From the NCBI GenBank assembly GCA_030643695.1, contig DAOWKM010000072.1:1-29347 (forward strand): a stretch of DNA of 29,347 nt. Reading direction: 5' to 3'. Source of the stretch: Dehalococcoidia bacterium. Lineage in GTDB: Bacteria; Chloroflexota; Dehalococcoidia; Dehalococcoidales; DAOWKM01. Both the position numbers and the translations under genes were made by a program. The notes under the pieces were generated by a model that saw only the letters and a list, made by a program, of their open reading frames with translations, did not search any database and had not been told where the DNA came from. The number at the start of each line of letters is the position of its first letter. Within the stretch, counting starts at the first letter, position 1. Below are positions 16,867-25,581 of this stretch, one piece after another.

Positions 16867-17652
16867 ATGGCTTGGTTTATGGGCATTGACATTGGCTCAG
16901 TAACTAGCAAGGGAGCTATAACTAAAGATGGTAAGCTTTTAGTGGCTTATCATCTGCTTCCTTCCGGGGCTAATTACCGGGCAGTAGCCCAAAGGTTGAG
17001 GGAAGAGCTTTTGGCAAGGGCGGGACTGTCCCCACAGGAGATAACCTATACTATAGCCACCGGCTACGGGGCGGGCAGCGTTTCCTTTAGCGATGAACAG
17101 GTGGCTGATATCCGCTGCTGTGCCCGGGGAACGAGCAGCCTTTTTCCCTCGGCAAGAACAGTCATTGATATACAGGGGATGTCTAGCCAGGTGATTCGCC
17201 TTGATGAGGAGGGGCAAGTGACCAACTTTGTGGTCAGTGAGAAGTGTGCCGCCGGCAGCGGGCGCTTTCTTGAGATTATTGCCAATGTCCTCAGGATAAA
17301 CCTCAACGATATTGGTCCTCTTTCCCTCAAGTCTAAAAATCCCATCACCTTCACTACCGGGTGTGCCGTTTTTGGAGAATCAGAGGCTATCTCCAGGGTA
17401 GCCGAAGGCATCTCCAAGGAGGATATTCTGGCTGGGGTTCATATGGCGCTGGCTAGTAAGCTCTCTGCCCTCATTGATAGGGTTGGGCTGGAAGAGCAAT
17501 GCGCCATTAGTGGTGGCGGTGGCGTTAATGTTGGGCTTATCAGAAGTTTGGAAGAGAAGCTGGGAATTCAGTTATTGGTGCCCCCTCAGCCCCAGCTCAT
17601 TACCGCCTTAGGCGCGGCTATAATGGCTGAAGAAAAGCAAAAAGGGATTTAG
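16867..17652 (+). CDS. ATP-dependent activase subunit 2 (BcrA/BcrD family, divergent motifs)
   Basis: GIDIGSVTSK, ATGYGA, DIQGMS, EKCAAGSG and TGCAVF motifs. Start ATG 16867. Confidence 0.85.
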   Translation: MAWFMGIDIGSVTSKGAITKDGKLLVAYHLLPSGANYRAVAQRLREELLARAGLSPQEITYTIATGYGAGSVSFSDEQVADIRCCARGTSSLFPSARTVIDIQGMSSQVIRLDEEGQVTNFVVSEKCAAGSGRFLEIIANVLRINLNDIGPLSLKSKNPITFTTGCAVFGESEAISRVAEGISKEDILAGVHMALASKLSALIDRVGLEEQCAISGGGGVNVGLIRSLEEKLGIQLLVPPQPQLITALGAAIMAEEKQKGI

Positions 17653-17665
17653 TAAGCAGTGCCCC

Positions 17666-18454
17666 CTAATTAACCGCCAATTTTTCCTTTACCCGTTTTA
17701 TTATCCTTGGCGTTATCTCCCCAGCTTTAGCTCTAATCAGGACGGTAGCCTTCTCGTCCATAGGGGTGGGGCTGAGATTGATAATAACTAATTTGGCTCC
17801 TGAGTTGGTGGCGTAGATAGGCATATAGGCGGCGGGGTAAACAACCAGGGTTGAGCCAACCACAATAAACAGGTCAGAGCTACAGGAGCGTGATGTTGCC
17901 TCGTCTAGCACCTTCACTGGCAGCGGCTCGCCGAAGAGGACAACATCTGGTTTCAGCATGCCGTGGCATGCCTCACAGTCTGGAATTTCCTCCCCCTTAT
18001 CCAGCCTGGCTTTAATCTGGTCAGAGGGATAACGCCTACCACAGCTTAGGCATACTATCCACTGCATATTGCCGTGGAGCTCAAACACCTTGTTATCAGG
18101 CACCCCCGCCTTTTGGTGGAGGTTATCTATATTTTGGGTAATGACACAGTCCAGCTTACCCAACCTGTCTAAATCAGCAATAGCATAGTGAGCCAGGTTT
18201 GGTTTAGCCTCAGTGGTTAAGCTTCCTTCCTGAAGCAACTGCCACTGCTTCCTTCTGGATTTAGGGTCGCTAATAAACTTTTGATAGGTGAAATCATTCG
18301 GGTCGAACCTGTCCCAGATTCCCCCCGGACTGCGGAAGTCAGGGATTCCTGACTCGGTGCTGACCCCGGCACCAGTAAAGACTACTATCCTTTTGGCATT
18401 AATAATTAGGTCAGCTACTCTGTCAGTAAGGGCATCTAAATTCTGGTTTTCCAT
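17666..18454 (-). CDS. cobB: NAD-dependent protein deacylase, Sir2 family
   Basis: TGAGVSTESGIPDFR, ITQNIDNLH, LHG, CxxC...CxxC, GSTLVVYPAA and IINLSPT motifs. Confidence 0.95.
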   Translation of the reverse strand: MENQNLDALTDRVADLIINAKRIVVFTGAGVSTESGIPDFRSPGGIWDRFDPNDFTYQKFISDPKSRRKQWQLLQEGSLTTEAKPNLAHYAIADLDRLGKLDCVITQNIDNLHQKAGVPDNKVFELHGNMQWIVCLSCGRRYPSDQIKARLDKGEEIPDCEACHGMLKPDVVLFGEPLPVKVLDEATSRSCSSDLFIVVGSTLVVYPAAYMPIYATNSGAKLVIINLSPTPMDEKATVLIRAKAGEITPRIIKRVKEKLAVN

Positions 18455-18462
18455 CTTCGCTT

Positions 18463-18491
18463 ATATTAGCTGGCTAGGCTACTAGCGTCAA
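18463..18491 (-). promoter_or_regulatory. Sigma70-type promoter for cobB (very short leader)
   Basis: Minus strand TTGACG (18491-18486), N17, TAATAT (18468-18463); the ATG lies 9 nt past the -10. Confidence 0.55.
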
Positions 18492-18547
18492 GGTTTATAT
18501 GGGAAAGGTCGTTTGGTAATCCTAAAACTTCATTGGCTGGGGACTAC

Positions 18548-18576
18548 TTGTTGAGGAGACCTTGGCTGGTTATAAT
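18548..18576 (+). promoter_or_regulatory. Sigma70-type promoter for the ArsA-family gene
   Basis: TTGTTG (18548-18553), N17, TATAAT (18571-18576). Confidence 0.5.
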
Positions 18577-18596
18577 TAGGTATGGAGGGATGAGGG

Positions 18597-19805
18597 ATGA
18601 GGGTTATTCTATATATGGGGAAGGGTGGGGTAGGCAAAACCAGTGTGGCGGCGGCTACTGCCCTGCGTTCAGCACAGTTGGGTTACCGAACCATTATCCT
18701 CAGCACTGATAGTGCTCATAGCCTTGCTGATTCCTTTGACCTTGCTCTGGGGAGTGAGCCCCAGCCTATCCTCCCTAACCTGTGGGGGCAGGAGCCGGAG
18801 GTATCCCGAACGATAGGGGCCCGCTGGGGCACTGTCCAAGAGTGGATGTCAGCTCTCTTAGCCTGGCGGGGTATGGATGAAATGGTTGCCAGTGAGATGG
18901 CTATTCTTCCCGGGATGGAGGAGCTAGCCAACCTGTTGTATATCATTGACTATTCTCGGAGCGGGAAATATGATGTCATCATTGTTGATTGTGCTCCTAC
19001 CGGGGAGACATTGCGTTTCCTGGCTTTCCCTGAAGTATTGCACTGGTGGATGGACAGGATGTTTCCTATTGGGCGCAAAGCGGCTAGTCTGGTGCACCCC
19101 CTAGTTAGCCGGCTGACCAGCATACCCGTGCCTGATGATGAAGTCTTCGCCTCAGTAGAGAGCCTGTTTTCCGAGCTTGATGAAATACAGTCTCTCCTCA
19201 CTAATCAGGATGAAGCCTCAGTGCGTCTGGTGGTCAACCCCGAGAAGATGGTAATCAAGGAAGCACAGCGCACCTTCACCTACCTCAACCTCTATGGTTA
19301 TCTTACCGACCTCATCATCTGCAATCGCCTCATCCCTGATAAGGTGGATGACCGGTATTTTAGCTTTTGGAAGAAGAGCCAGAGCCAATATTCCACAATG
19401 ATTGAGGAGAGCTTTGCTCCTCTGCCTATCTCCAGTGTTCCCCTTCTGGAACAAGAGGTAGTGGGAATTCCTATGCTCAAGGTTATGGCTGATGCCCTTT
19501 ACGGAGGTGACGACCCCACTAAGGTCTTCTTTCGGGGACAGATTCAACAGTTCCATGAAGAAGACGAGCACTACATTCTTACCCTGGCTCTCCCGTTCAC
19601 TGAGAAGGGAGATATCTCGCTAGTGCAGAACGGTGACGAACTCATTATTCGGGTGGGGAACTTCAAACGGAATATTATACTTCCCCGCGCCTTGGTTGGT
19701 TTGGCTGCCACCGAGGCGAGATTTGACAGGGGTAGGTTGAGAATCCAGTTTTATCAAAGGGAAGAAAAAAAAGGAGGTGAGAAGCATGGCAGAGAAGCTC
19801 TTTGA
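18597..19805 (+). CDS. ArsA/Get3-family ATPase with C-terminal HSP20-like domain (Get3d type)
   Basis: GKGGVGKTS deviant Walker A, STDSAHSL, DCAPTG and PEKMV motifs; beta-rich C-terminal alpha-crystallin-like segment. Single ATPase domain, so not the tandem arsenite-pump ArsA. Confidence 0.88.
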   Translation: MRVILYMGKGGVGKTSVAAATALRSAQLGYRTIILSTDSAHSLADSFDLALGSEPQPILPNLWGQEPEVSRTIGARWGTVQEWMSALLAWRGMDEMVASEMAILPGMEELANLLYIIDYSRSGKYDVIIVDCAPTGETLRFLAFPEVLHWWMDRMFPIGRKAASLVHPLVSRLTSIPVPDDEVFASVESLFSELDEIQSLLTNQDEASVRLVVNPEKMVIKEAQRTFTYLNLYGYLTDLIICNRLIPDKVDDRYFSFWKKSQSQYSTMIEESFAPLPISSVPLLEQEVVGIPMLKVMADALYGGDDPTKVFFRGQIQQFHEEDEHYILTLALPFTEKGDISLVQNGDELIIRVGNFKRNIILPRALVGLAATEARFDRGRLRIQFYQREEKKGGEKHGREAL

Positions 19806-20013
19806 AATTGAGCATCAACCGGGAGGGGAGGTAGTCTTGCGCTTCAAATTGCCTGGGCTTGCCATTATGCCTGAGGCAACCAAGGGGCATTTCAGGACGG
19901 CGCGCAAGGAGGTCTTGTTAGCCATTCGCAGTGTGCTTGATAAAGCAATTGAGCGAGCTGAGAAAGCCGAGGAGGCAAAGACAAAGAAGAGAACCAAGAT
20001 AGAAGTTCAGTAA
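19786..20013 (+). CDS. Small hypothetical protein coupled to the ArsA-family gene
   Basis: Strong RBS AAGGAGGTGA at 19771-19780; overlaps the ATPase 3' end; amphipathic HFRTARKEVLLAIRSVLDKAIE helix. Confidence 0.8.
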   Translation: MAEKLFEIEHQPGGEVVLRFKLPGLAIMPEATKGHFRTARKEVLLAIRSVLDKAIERAEKAEEAKTKKRTKIEVQ

Positions 20014-20693
20014 GTTTTATTGCTGCACTGGCAAACATTGTTGAGGCAGCACCGGTGGCAAAGGGGATGGTTGCGGCAGACATTCTTAGCCAGGCAGACG
20101 AGTAGGGCGTGGTATTCATTGAATAGCCTGGCATCAGTGGGTAGATTATCCGTAAAAAGGGTCTGGTAGGCAGCATAGCTGTTACCATTCGGTGTCAGCC
20201 CAATGCGGTTGATGATGCGGCGGGTATAGGCATCAATAACAAAAATTGGCTTATTGGCAGCATACAGTATTATGGAATCGGCCGTCTCTTGCCCAATACC
20301 ATGGATGGAAAGAAGCTGTTGGCGGAGATGGTCAGTATTATTGGCAAACAGCTTATTGAGGTTATCATCATAGTTTTCTCCCAGCCAGTAAGCAAAGGAC
20401 TTAAGCTTTAGTGCCTTGGCATTATAGTAACCAGAGGGGTGGATAAGCGCCGCCACTTCAGGCGGGCTGAGGTGGCGTAAGACCTCTGGTGATAGCGCTT
20501 TGGCTGCTCTTAGATTGGCTATAGCCCTCTCTACATTACCCCAGGCGGCTGATTGAGTAAGGATAGCGCCAACTATTACCTCAAAAGGCTCCTGTGCTGG
20601 CCACCAGTGTTGAGGTCCATAGCAGTCCATAAGCTGATGGTAGATACTTAGTAATGTTTGGCTTATTGATTGGTTCTCCATTCTGCTGACCAT
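20007..20693 (-). CDS. Endonuclease III-like HhH-GPD DNA glycosylase
   Basis: GPQHWWP, GAILTQ, IHGIGQETADSIILYA, VIDAYTRRI, YHALLV and C-terminal CxxxxxxCxxCxxxxxC Fe-S motif. The start could be 20693 or 20681. Confidence 0.9.
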   Translation of the reverse strand: MVSRMENQSISQTLLSIYHQLMDCYGPQHWWPAQEPFEVIVGAILTQSAAWGNVERAIANLRAAKALSPEVLRHLSPPEVAALIHPSGYYNAKALKLKSFAYWLGENYDDNLNKLFANNTDHLRQQLLSIHGIGQETADSIILYAANKPIFVIDAYTRRIINRIGLTPNGNSYAAYQTLFTDNLPTDARLFNEYHALLVCLAKNVCRNHPLCHRCCLNNVCQCSNKTY

Positions 20694-20744
20694 AATAACA
20701 TAGATTTAATCCCTTTGATAAGCTGTTAATTATGGACTAGGGGC

Positions 20745-20773
20745 TTGACAAATACTACATATTGTGGTATCTT
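20745..20773 (+). promoter_or_regulatory. Sigma70 promoter of nrdR-nrdJ
   Basis: TTGACA (20745-20750), N17, TATCTT (20768-20773). Confidence 0.7.
20752..20767 (+). promoter_or_regulatory. NrdR box 1
   Basis: ATACTACATATTGTGG fits acaCwAtATaTwGtgt and lies in the promoter spacer. Confidence 0.85.
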
Positions 20774-20782
20774 AGTTTTACT

Positions 20783-20798
20783 ACCCTATATAATGTAG
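20783..20798 (+). promoter_or_regulatory. NrdR box 2
   Basis: ACCCTATATAATGTAG, starting 31 bp after box 1, which is the known tandem NrdR-box spacing. Confidence 0.75.
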
Positions 20799-20804
20799 AG
20801 TTTT

Positions 20805-21347
20805 ATGATGAACTGTCCTTATTGCGGATACCCTGACTCCAAGGTTATTGATTCTCGTGATGTGAATGAGGGCATACGCCGTCGTCGGCAGTGCTTAAAC
20901 TGTGGCTCTCGTTTCACTACCTACGAACGACTGCAACCAGCTAGTCTCTTCGTGATTAAGAAAGATGAAAGGCGTGAGGAATTTAATAGGAATAAGCTAC
21001 TAACCGGTATTCACAAGGCTTGTGAAAAACGACCACTACCTACCGGGACAGTTGATAAGCTTGTTGATGATATAGAAGCTGAGCTTTATCACCTGGGTAA
21101 GGCGGAGATACCCAGTACCGTCATTGGTGATATGGTAATGAACAGGCTAAAGAGCCTGGACCATGTTGCCTATATCCGCTTTGCTAGTGTCTACCGGGAG
21201 TTTACTGACATTACCACTCTAAAACAGGAGGTGGACACTCTGCTCAGTGCTGAAGCTGAGGCATCTCAGTCAGCTAGTCAACTGCCCCTACTTCCTACCG
21301 AGCCATCAGCAGGATTAGCTAAGAGTCATCGGAGGAGTCGCCAATGA
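20805..21347 (+). CDS. nrdR: Transcriptional repressor NrdR
   Basis: CPYC...SKVIDSR...RRRRQCLNC...FTTYE zinc ribbon, ATP cone, and [12 protein letters not shown] motif. Confidence 0.97.
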   Translation: MMNCPYCGYPDSKVIDSRDVNEGIRRRRQCLNCGSRFTTYERLQPASLFVIKKDERREEFNRNKLLTGIHKACEKRPLPTGTVDKLVDDIEAELYHLGKAEIPSTVIGDMVMNRLKSLDHVAYIRFASVYREFTDITTLKQEVDTLLSAEAEASQSASQLPLLPTEPSAGLAKSHRRSRQ

Positions 21348-23932
21348 ACACAGCTAATGAGTCACCGGGTGAACAATTAACCCCAATCAATCGCACCCGG
21401 ATTGCCAAGGCTATCTTTGCTGCTGCTGAATCTATGGGCATGCCTGATAGACATCAAATAGAGCAGCTCACCGCTCAGGTGATTGGACGTCTGGAACAGC
21501 AGCAAACCCTGCCTGGAATGGAGCATCTGGTGCCAAAACGCCGTCAGCGAAAACATCAACCTGCTGATTCTGAAATTGAAGCCATGGTGAGAGAAATCTT
21601 GACCACTGAAGAGCTAACCAAGCAAGAGGAGGTCCAGCCTAAGATGAAATCAACCACTATAGTCAAACCAAAGGTTCAGCCTGCTCCCGGCATCACTCTT
21701 ACTGAGAATGCCCTCCGTGTTCTGGAAAGAAGGTATCTCAAAAAAGATAAACGGGGGCAGGTTATTGAGACACCAGAGGAGATGTTCCGTCGCGTGGCGC
21801 AGGCTATTGCCTCTGCCGAGCTCACCTACGACCCTAAGGCAGATGTTAGGGCGAGGGAAGAAGAATTCTATCAGGTAATGGCAAATCTTGAATTCCTGCC
21901 TAACTCCCCTACCCTGATGAACGCAGGGAGGGAGCTAGGGCAACTGTCAGCTTGCTTTGTCCTTCCCGTTGAGGATTCGATGGAGTCCATCTTTAATGCG
22001 GTAAAATATACTGCGCTCATCCACAAAAGTGGCGGCGGGACTGGGTTTTCCTTCTCTAAACTGAGACCAGAAAAGGATAGGGTTGGCTCTACTGGGGGGG
22101 TAGCCAGTGGTCCAGTTTCCTTTATGAGAGCCTTTGACACTGCTACTGATGTCATCAAACAGGGGGGGATGCGCCGTGGGGCAAATATGGCTATCCTCAA
22201 TGTTGACCACCCCGATATTATGAAGTTCATAGTAGCCAAGGAGGACCCTACTGCCTTTACTAACTTCAATCTTTCAGTAGCGGTAACTAGCGAATTTATG
22301 GAAAAAGTTGAGGCTGGCAGTGACTATAATCTAATAAATCCACGCACTAAAGAGGTAGAGGGTAAGCTCAATGCCAAAGAGGTGTTTGATAAGATAGTAG
22401 ATATGGCTTGGGAAACAGGCGACCCGGGCATTGTCTTCATTGACCGAATAAATCAAGGTAATCCCACTCCGCAACTAGGTAAGATTGAGAGCACCAACCC
22501 TTGTGGCGAGCAGCCGCTGCTTGCCTATGAGTCATGTAATCTGGGCTCTATCAATCTAAGCAGGATGTTACGAACCATAAATGGAACTACTGAGATTGAT
22601 TATCCCAAGCTAGCTGAGACAGTGAAAATTGCCGTGAGATTCCTGGACAATGTCATTGAGGTTAATAAGTTCCCCCTGCCCGAAATAGCTGAAGCGACCA
22701 GGGAATCCAGGAAGATAGGGCTGGGGGTGATGGGATTTGCCGATATGTTAATCCAGCTCGGCATCTCTTATGACTCAGAGGAGGCGCTACAGATTGCCGC
22801 CGACATTATGCATTTTATAAATGAAGAGGCGTGTAACGCCTCAGTGGAGCTAGCTAAGCAGCGTGGCATCTTCCCTGCTTTCAACGGCAGCATCTATGAT
22901 ACCCCTGATGGTCTCAGGCTGAGGAATGCATCTTGCACCACCATTGCTCCCACCGGCACCCTGAGCATAATTGCTGGCTGTTCTAGCGGCATCGAGCCCC
23001 TCTTTGCCTTGAGCTATGTAAGAAACATCCTGGATGGCGCTCAACTAATAGAGGTGAATCCCTACTTTGAGGAAGCAGCTAGGGATGGGGGTTTCTATTC
23101 CGAAGAACTTATGCAGCAGCTAGCCGATGGAGCAAGACTCCATGATATGGACAAAGTCCCTGACGACATCAAACGGCTGTTCGTTACCGCCCATGAGATA
23201 AGCCCTGAGTGGCATGTCAGGATGCAGGCTGCCTTCCAGAGGTCTACCAATAATGCTGTTTCCAAGACGGTTAACTTCCCTCAGGAGGCTACCCGGGAAG
23301 ACATAGCTAAGGTCTATATGCTGGCTTACCGGGAGGGGTTAAAGGGGATAACTATTTACCGGGATAGAAGCCGCCATGCCCAGGTATTAACCACGGGCAA
23401 GATAGAGGGGGTTGAAGGTGGGGTGCTTACCCCCAGGAAGAGGTCAAAAATAACCACCGGAATAACCGAAAGAGTAACTACCGGCTGTGGATATATCTAT
23501 GTAACGGTAAACTCTGATGAGCGAGGCATATGCGAGGTCTTCTCCACCCTGGGCAAAGCCGGCGGCTGTGCCTCAGCCCAGCTTGAAGCCACCTGCCGAC
23601 TCATCTCCTTAGCGTTAAGGTCTGGGGTGGATGTCGCCTCGGTGGTGAGACAGCTTCGTGGTATTCGCTGTCCCTCCATTGCCTGGGAAGGAGGCAAGTC
23701 TATTCTCTCCTGTGCTGATGCCATTGCCAGCGTTCTGGAGAAACACATAAGCTCTGATAGCGGTCATGGTGAGGAAAGCTCAAAACTTGAGGCGGCTCCA
23801 AGCAGTGAGGATAGCGGTCATGGCGTAGATACCGCCAGAAATATAGTGGGGCAGTGCCCTGACTGCGGCGGTTTGCTCGTCTATCAGGAGGGCTGCTTTA
23901 TCTGCCCCAGCTGTGGTTATACCAAGTGCTAA
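21344..23932 (+). CDS. nrdJ: Class II (adenosylcobalamin-dependent) ribonucleotide reductase
   Basis: [48 protein letters not shown] and KGITIYRD motifs; TSCPD domain; C-terminal CPDC...CPSC zinc ribbon. Confidence 0.97.
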   Translation: MNTANESPGEQLTPINRTRIAKAIFAAAESMGMPDRHQIEQLTAQVIGRLEQQQTLPGMEHLVPKRRQRKHQPADSEIEAMVREILTTEELTKQEEVQPKMKSTTIVKPKVQPAPGITLTENALRVLERRYLKKDKRGQVIETPEEMFRRVAQAIASAELTYDPKADVRAREEEFYQVMANLEFLPNSPTLMNAGRELGQLSACFVLPVEDSMESIFNAVKYTALIHKSGGGTGFSFSKLRPEKDRVGSTGGVASGPVSFMRAFDTATDVIKQGGMRRGANMAILNVDHPDIMKFIVAKEDPTAFTNFNLSVAVTSEFMEKVEAGSDYNLINPRTKEVEGKLNAKEVFDKIVDMAWETGDPGIVFIDRINQGNPTPQLGKIESTNPCGEQPLLAYESCNLGSINLSRMLRTINGTTEIDYPKLAETVKIAVRFLDNVIEVNKFPLPEIAEATRESRKIGLGVMGFADMLIQLGISYDSEEALQIAADIMHFINEEACNASVELAKQRGIFPAFNGSIYDTPDGLRLRNASCTTIAPTGTLSIIAGCSSGIEPLFALSYVRNILDGAQLIEVNPYFEEAARDGGFYSEELMQQLADGARLHDMDKVPDDIKRLFVTAHEISPEWHVRMQAAFQRSTNNAVSKTVNFPQEATREDIAKVYMLAYREGLKGITIYRDRSRHAQVLTTGKIEGVEGGVLTPRKRSKITTGITERVTTGCGYIYVTVNSDERGICEVFSTLGKAGGCASAQLEATCRLISLALRSGVDVASVVRQLRGIRCPSIAWEGGKSILSCADAIASVLEKHISSDSGHGEESSKLEAAPSSEDSGHGVDTARNIVGQCPDCGGLLVYQEGCFICPSCGYTKC
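23756..23823 (+). repeat. 14-bp direct repeat in the NrdJ C-terminal linker
   Basis: GATAGCGGTCATGG at 23756-23769 and 23810-23823 (54 bp apart, DSGHG twice). Confidence 0.85.
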
Positions 23933-23970
23933 ATATAGTATAGAATCTAAAGAGCAGAAGGAGGGAAAAT

Positions 23971-24270
23971 ATGAGTGAAAAGGCTACTCAGCGGGAAGTG
24001 CAGGTTGTCTTTCCCGACAATCTTAAAGGCGGTGCATATTCAAATTTGATGGTCGTTACCCATACCAAAGAGGAGTTTGTCCTAGATTATTTAATGGTCA
24101 CGCCTCCCGTCGGTTCCGTGACTGCAAGAGTCGTTATTAGTCCAGGACATATGAAAAGGATGATTTCTGCACTTACAGAAAACTTGAATAAATACGAGTT
24201 TAAGTTTGGCAAATTGACTGCAGCAGAAGAGCCGCCTAGGGCACTTGGATTCCAGCCCCCAGCAAAATAG
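23971..24270 (+). CDS. DUF3467 family protein
   Basis: GAYSN...HTKEEFVLDY...ARVVISPGHMKRMISAL..N...YE.KFG pattern; RBS AAGGAGG. Confidence 0.85.
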   Translation: MSEKATQREVQVVFPDNLKGGAYSNLMVVTHTKEEFVLDYLMVTPPVGSVTARVVISPGHMKRMISALTENLNKYEFKFGKLTAAEEPPRALGFQPPAK

Positions 24271-24275
24271 GGAGA

Positions 24276-24599
24276 TTGAAAGTGCAATTTGACCTGCTAT
24301 CATGGGGAATCGGTATTCCCACTGGCATTAGTGTGAATTGGTTGTCCATGTGGTTATACAATAGATTTTGGAGGAAAAGGCGAACAAGGGGTGATTACTT
24401 CACTGCAACCTATTCAGGTGGTGATATCGATTTTGAAGGTCGTGTTAAGACACGTATTTCAGTAGAAGAAATATTCCAGAATCTGCTGAAATCAGTACCA
24501 AAGGCTGAGCATAAAGAAGCTGCAAGACGCTTAAGACAACGCAAAACAGGCCTGATGAACTACCAAGGCAAGATCATAAAACCATCGACTAGGAAATAA
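24276..24599 (+). CDS. Hypothetical protein with N-terminal membrane anchor
   Basis: LLSWGIGIPTGISVNWLSMWLY followed by a basic RKRR stretch; start TTG 24276 or GTG 24282. Confidence 0.55.
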   Translation: MKVQFDLLSWGIGIPTGISVNWLSMWLYNRFWRKRRTRGDYFTATYSGGDIDFEGRVKTRISVEEIFQNLLKSVPKAEHKEAARRLRQRKTGLMNYQGKIIKPSTRK

Positions 24600-24611
24600 A
24601 CAAAGTAACTC

Positions 24612-24640
24612 TTGACAAAATACACGGAAGCGTGTATAAT
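24612..24640 (+). promoter_or_regulatory. Consensus sigma70 promoter of the methyltransferase with an embedded palindrome
   Basis: TTGACA (24612-24617), N17, TATAAT (24635-24640); inverted repeat TACACG-GAAG-CGTGTA at 24621-24636. Confidence 0.85.
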
Positions 24641-24678
24641 AAAAGAGCTATTTGATGAAGTGAACAGGGGGGAGGTAA

Positions 24679-25581
24679 ATGATTCAAGTTGAAGAAATTA
24701 CTCAACCGCTGAAAATAGGTTACGAAAGAATCTGTCAATGCCCTGCTAATCATATCAACTGCTTGACACCCAAAGAATGGATTCGTTCGCAAGTAGCAAT
24801 ATGGGAATTATCTTACGAAAAGAGGGATATACGAGACAAGAAAATTCATCCAGCCGTTTTCCCAATTGCGTTGCCAGCGAAGTGTATAAAGCTATTTACA
24901 CACGAAGGAGAGTTAGTCCTTGATCCATTTGTAGGAATTGGAACTACTTTACTAGCTGCTCAAGACCTCAATAGAAATGCTGTTGGGTTTGACTTGAAAG
25001 AGGAATATCTAGAGGTTACTCAGTCCAGACTTTCACAAGGTAGACTCCTTAACGATACAAAGCAAATAGCAATACAGGATGATGCACGAAACATACCACA
25101 GTATTTAAAAGAGGAAACAGTAGCACTGGCAGTTGCGTCACCTCCTTACTCAAGATTTCTTGATAAACCTCGACTAAACAAGAGTATGAGAGGTGATTTA
25201 AGACAGAATGAGCACTATTTGACGATACAGCAATATTCGAATGACCCTAACGATATAGGCAACTTAGAGCCCATCGCATTCAGTAAAGCTTTGGGTGAAA
25301 TCTATCGGGGTATATTACCACTCTTGAAGACGAAAGCACATTGTGTAATCAACTTAAATGACTTATGGTGGGAAAACAAGCGGGTACCCACTCATATCTA
25401 CGTTGTAGAGGCAATGATGGAAGTTGGCTATGAGCTACGCAATATCCTGATTTGGGATAGAAGGAATCTTGTTAATCGAGTAGGTATTTTTGGATGGCCT
25501 AACAACTACATAAAACTAGGAACTACTTTTGAATATATCTTAGATTTTTGGAAACCACCACATCAAAAAACACGTTCATAG
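24679..25581 (+). CDS. Amino (N4-C/N6-A) DNA methyltransferase, motif I before motif IV
   Basis: HPAVFP, VLDPFVGIGTT (SAM binding), SPPY (catalytic), IWDRR...FEYILDFWK. RBS GGAGG. Confidence 0.92.
   Translation: MIQVEEITQPLKIGYERICQCPANHINCLTPKEWIRSQVAIWELSYEKRDIRDKKIHPAVFPIALPAKCIKLFTHEGELVLDPFVGIGTTLLAAQDLNRNAVGFDLKEEYLEVTQSRLSQGRLLNDTKQIAIQDDARNIPQYLKEETVALAVASPPYSRFLDKPRLNKSMRGDLRQNEHYLTIQQYSNDPNDIGNLEPIAFSKALGEIYRGILPLLKTKAHCVINLNDLWWENKRVPTHIYVVEAMMEVGYELRNILIWDRRNLVNRVGIFGWPNNYIKLGTTFEYILDFWKPPHQKTRS

Noticed and set aside
13498-17652. Firm assignment as benzoyl-CoA reductase bcrABCD/bzdNOPQ
   Set aside because: The family is clear, but the substrate cannot be read from motifs and no downstream aromatic pathway genes are in the window.
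19765-19772. A8 tract as a phase-variation site
   Set aside because: It lies in the last codons of the ATPase, so slippage would alter only the extreme C-terminus.
18597-19805. Arsenic resistance operon
   Set aside because: Single ATPase domain with an HSP20-like tail and no arsB/acr3/arsC/arsR/arsD neighbours.
21344-23932. Intein or intron in nrdJ (also checked recA)
   Set aside because: Conserved motifs are contiguous, the lengths are ordinary, and no splicing or LAGLIDADG motifs were seen.
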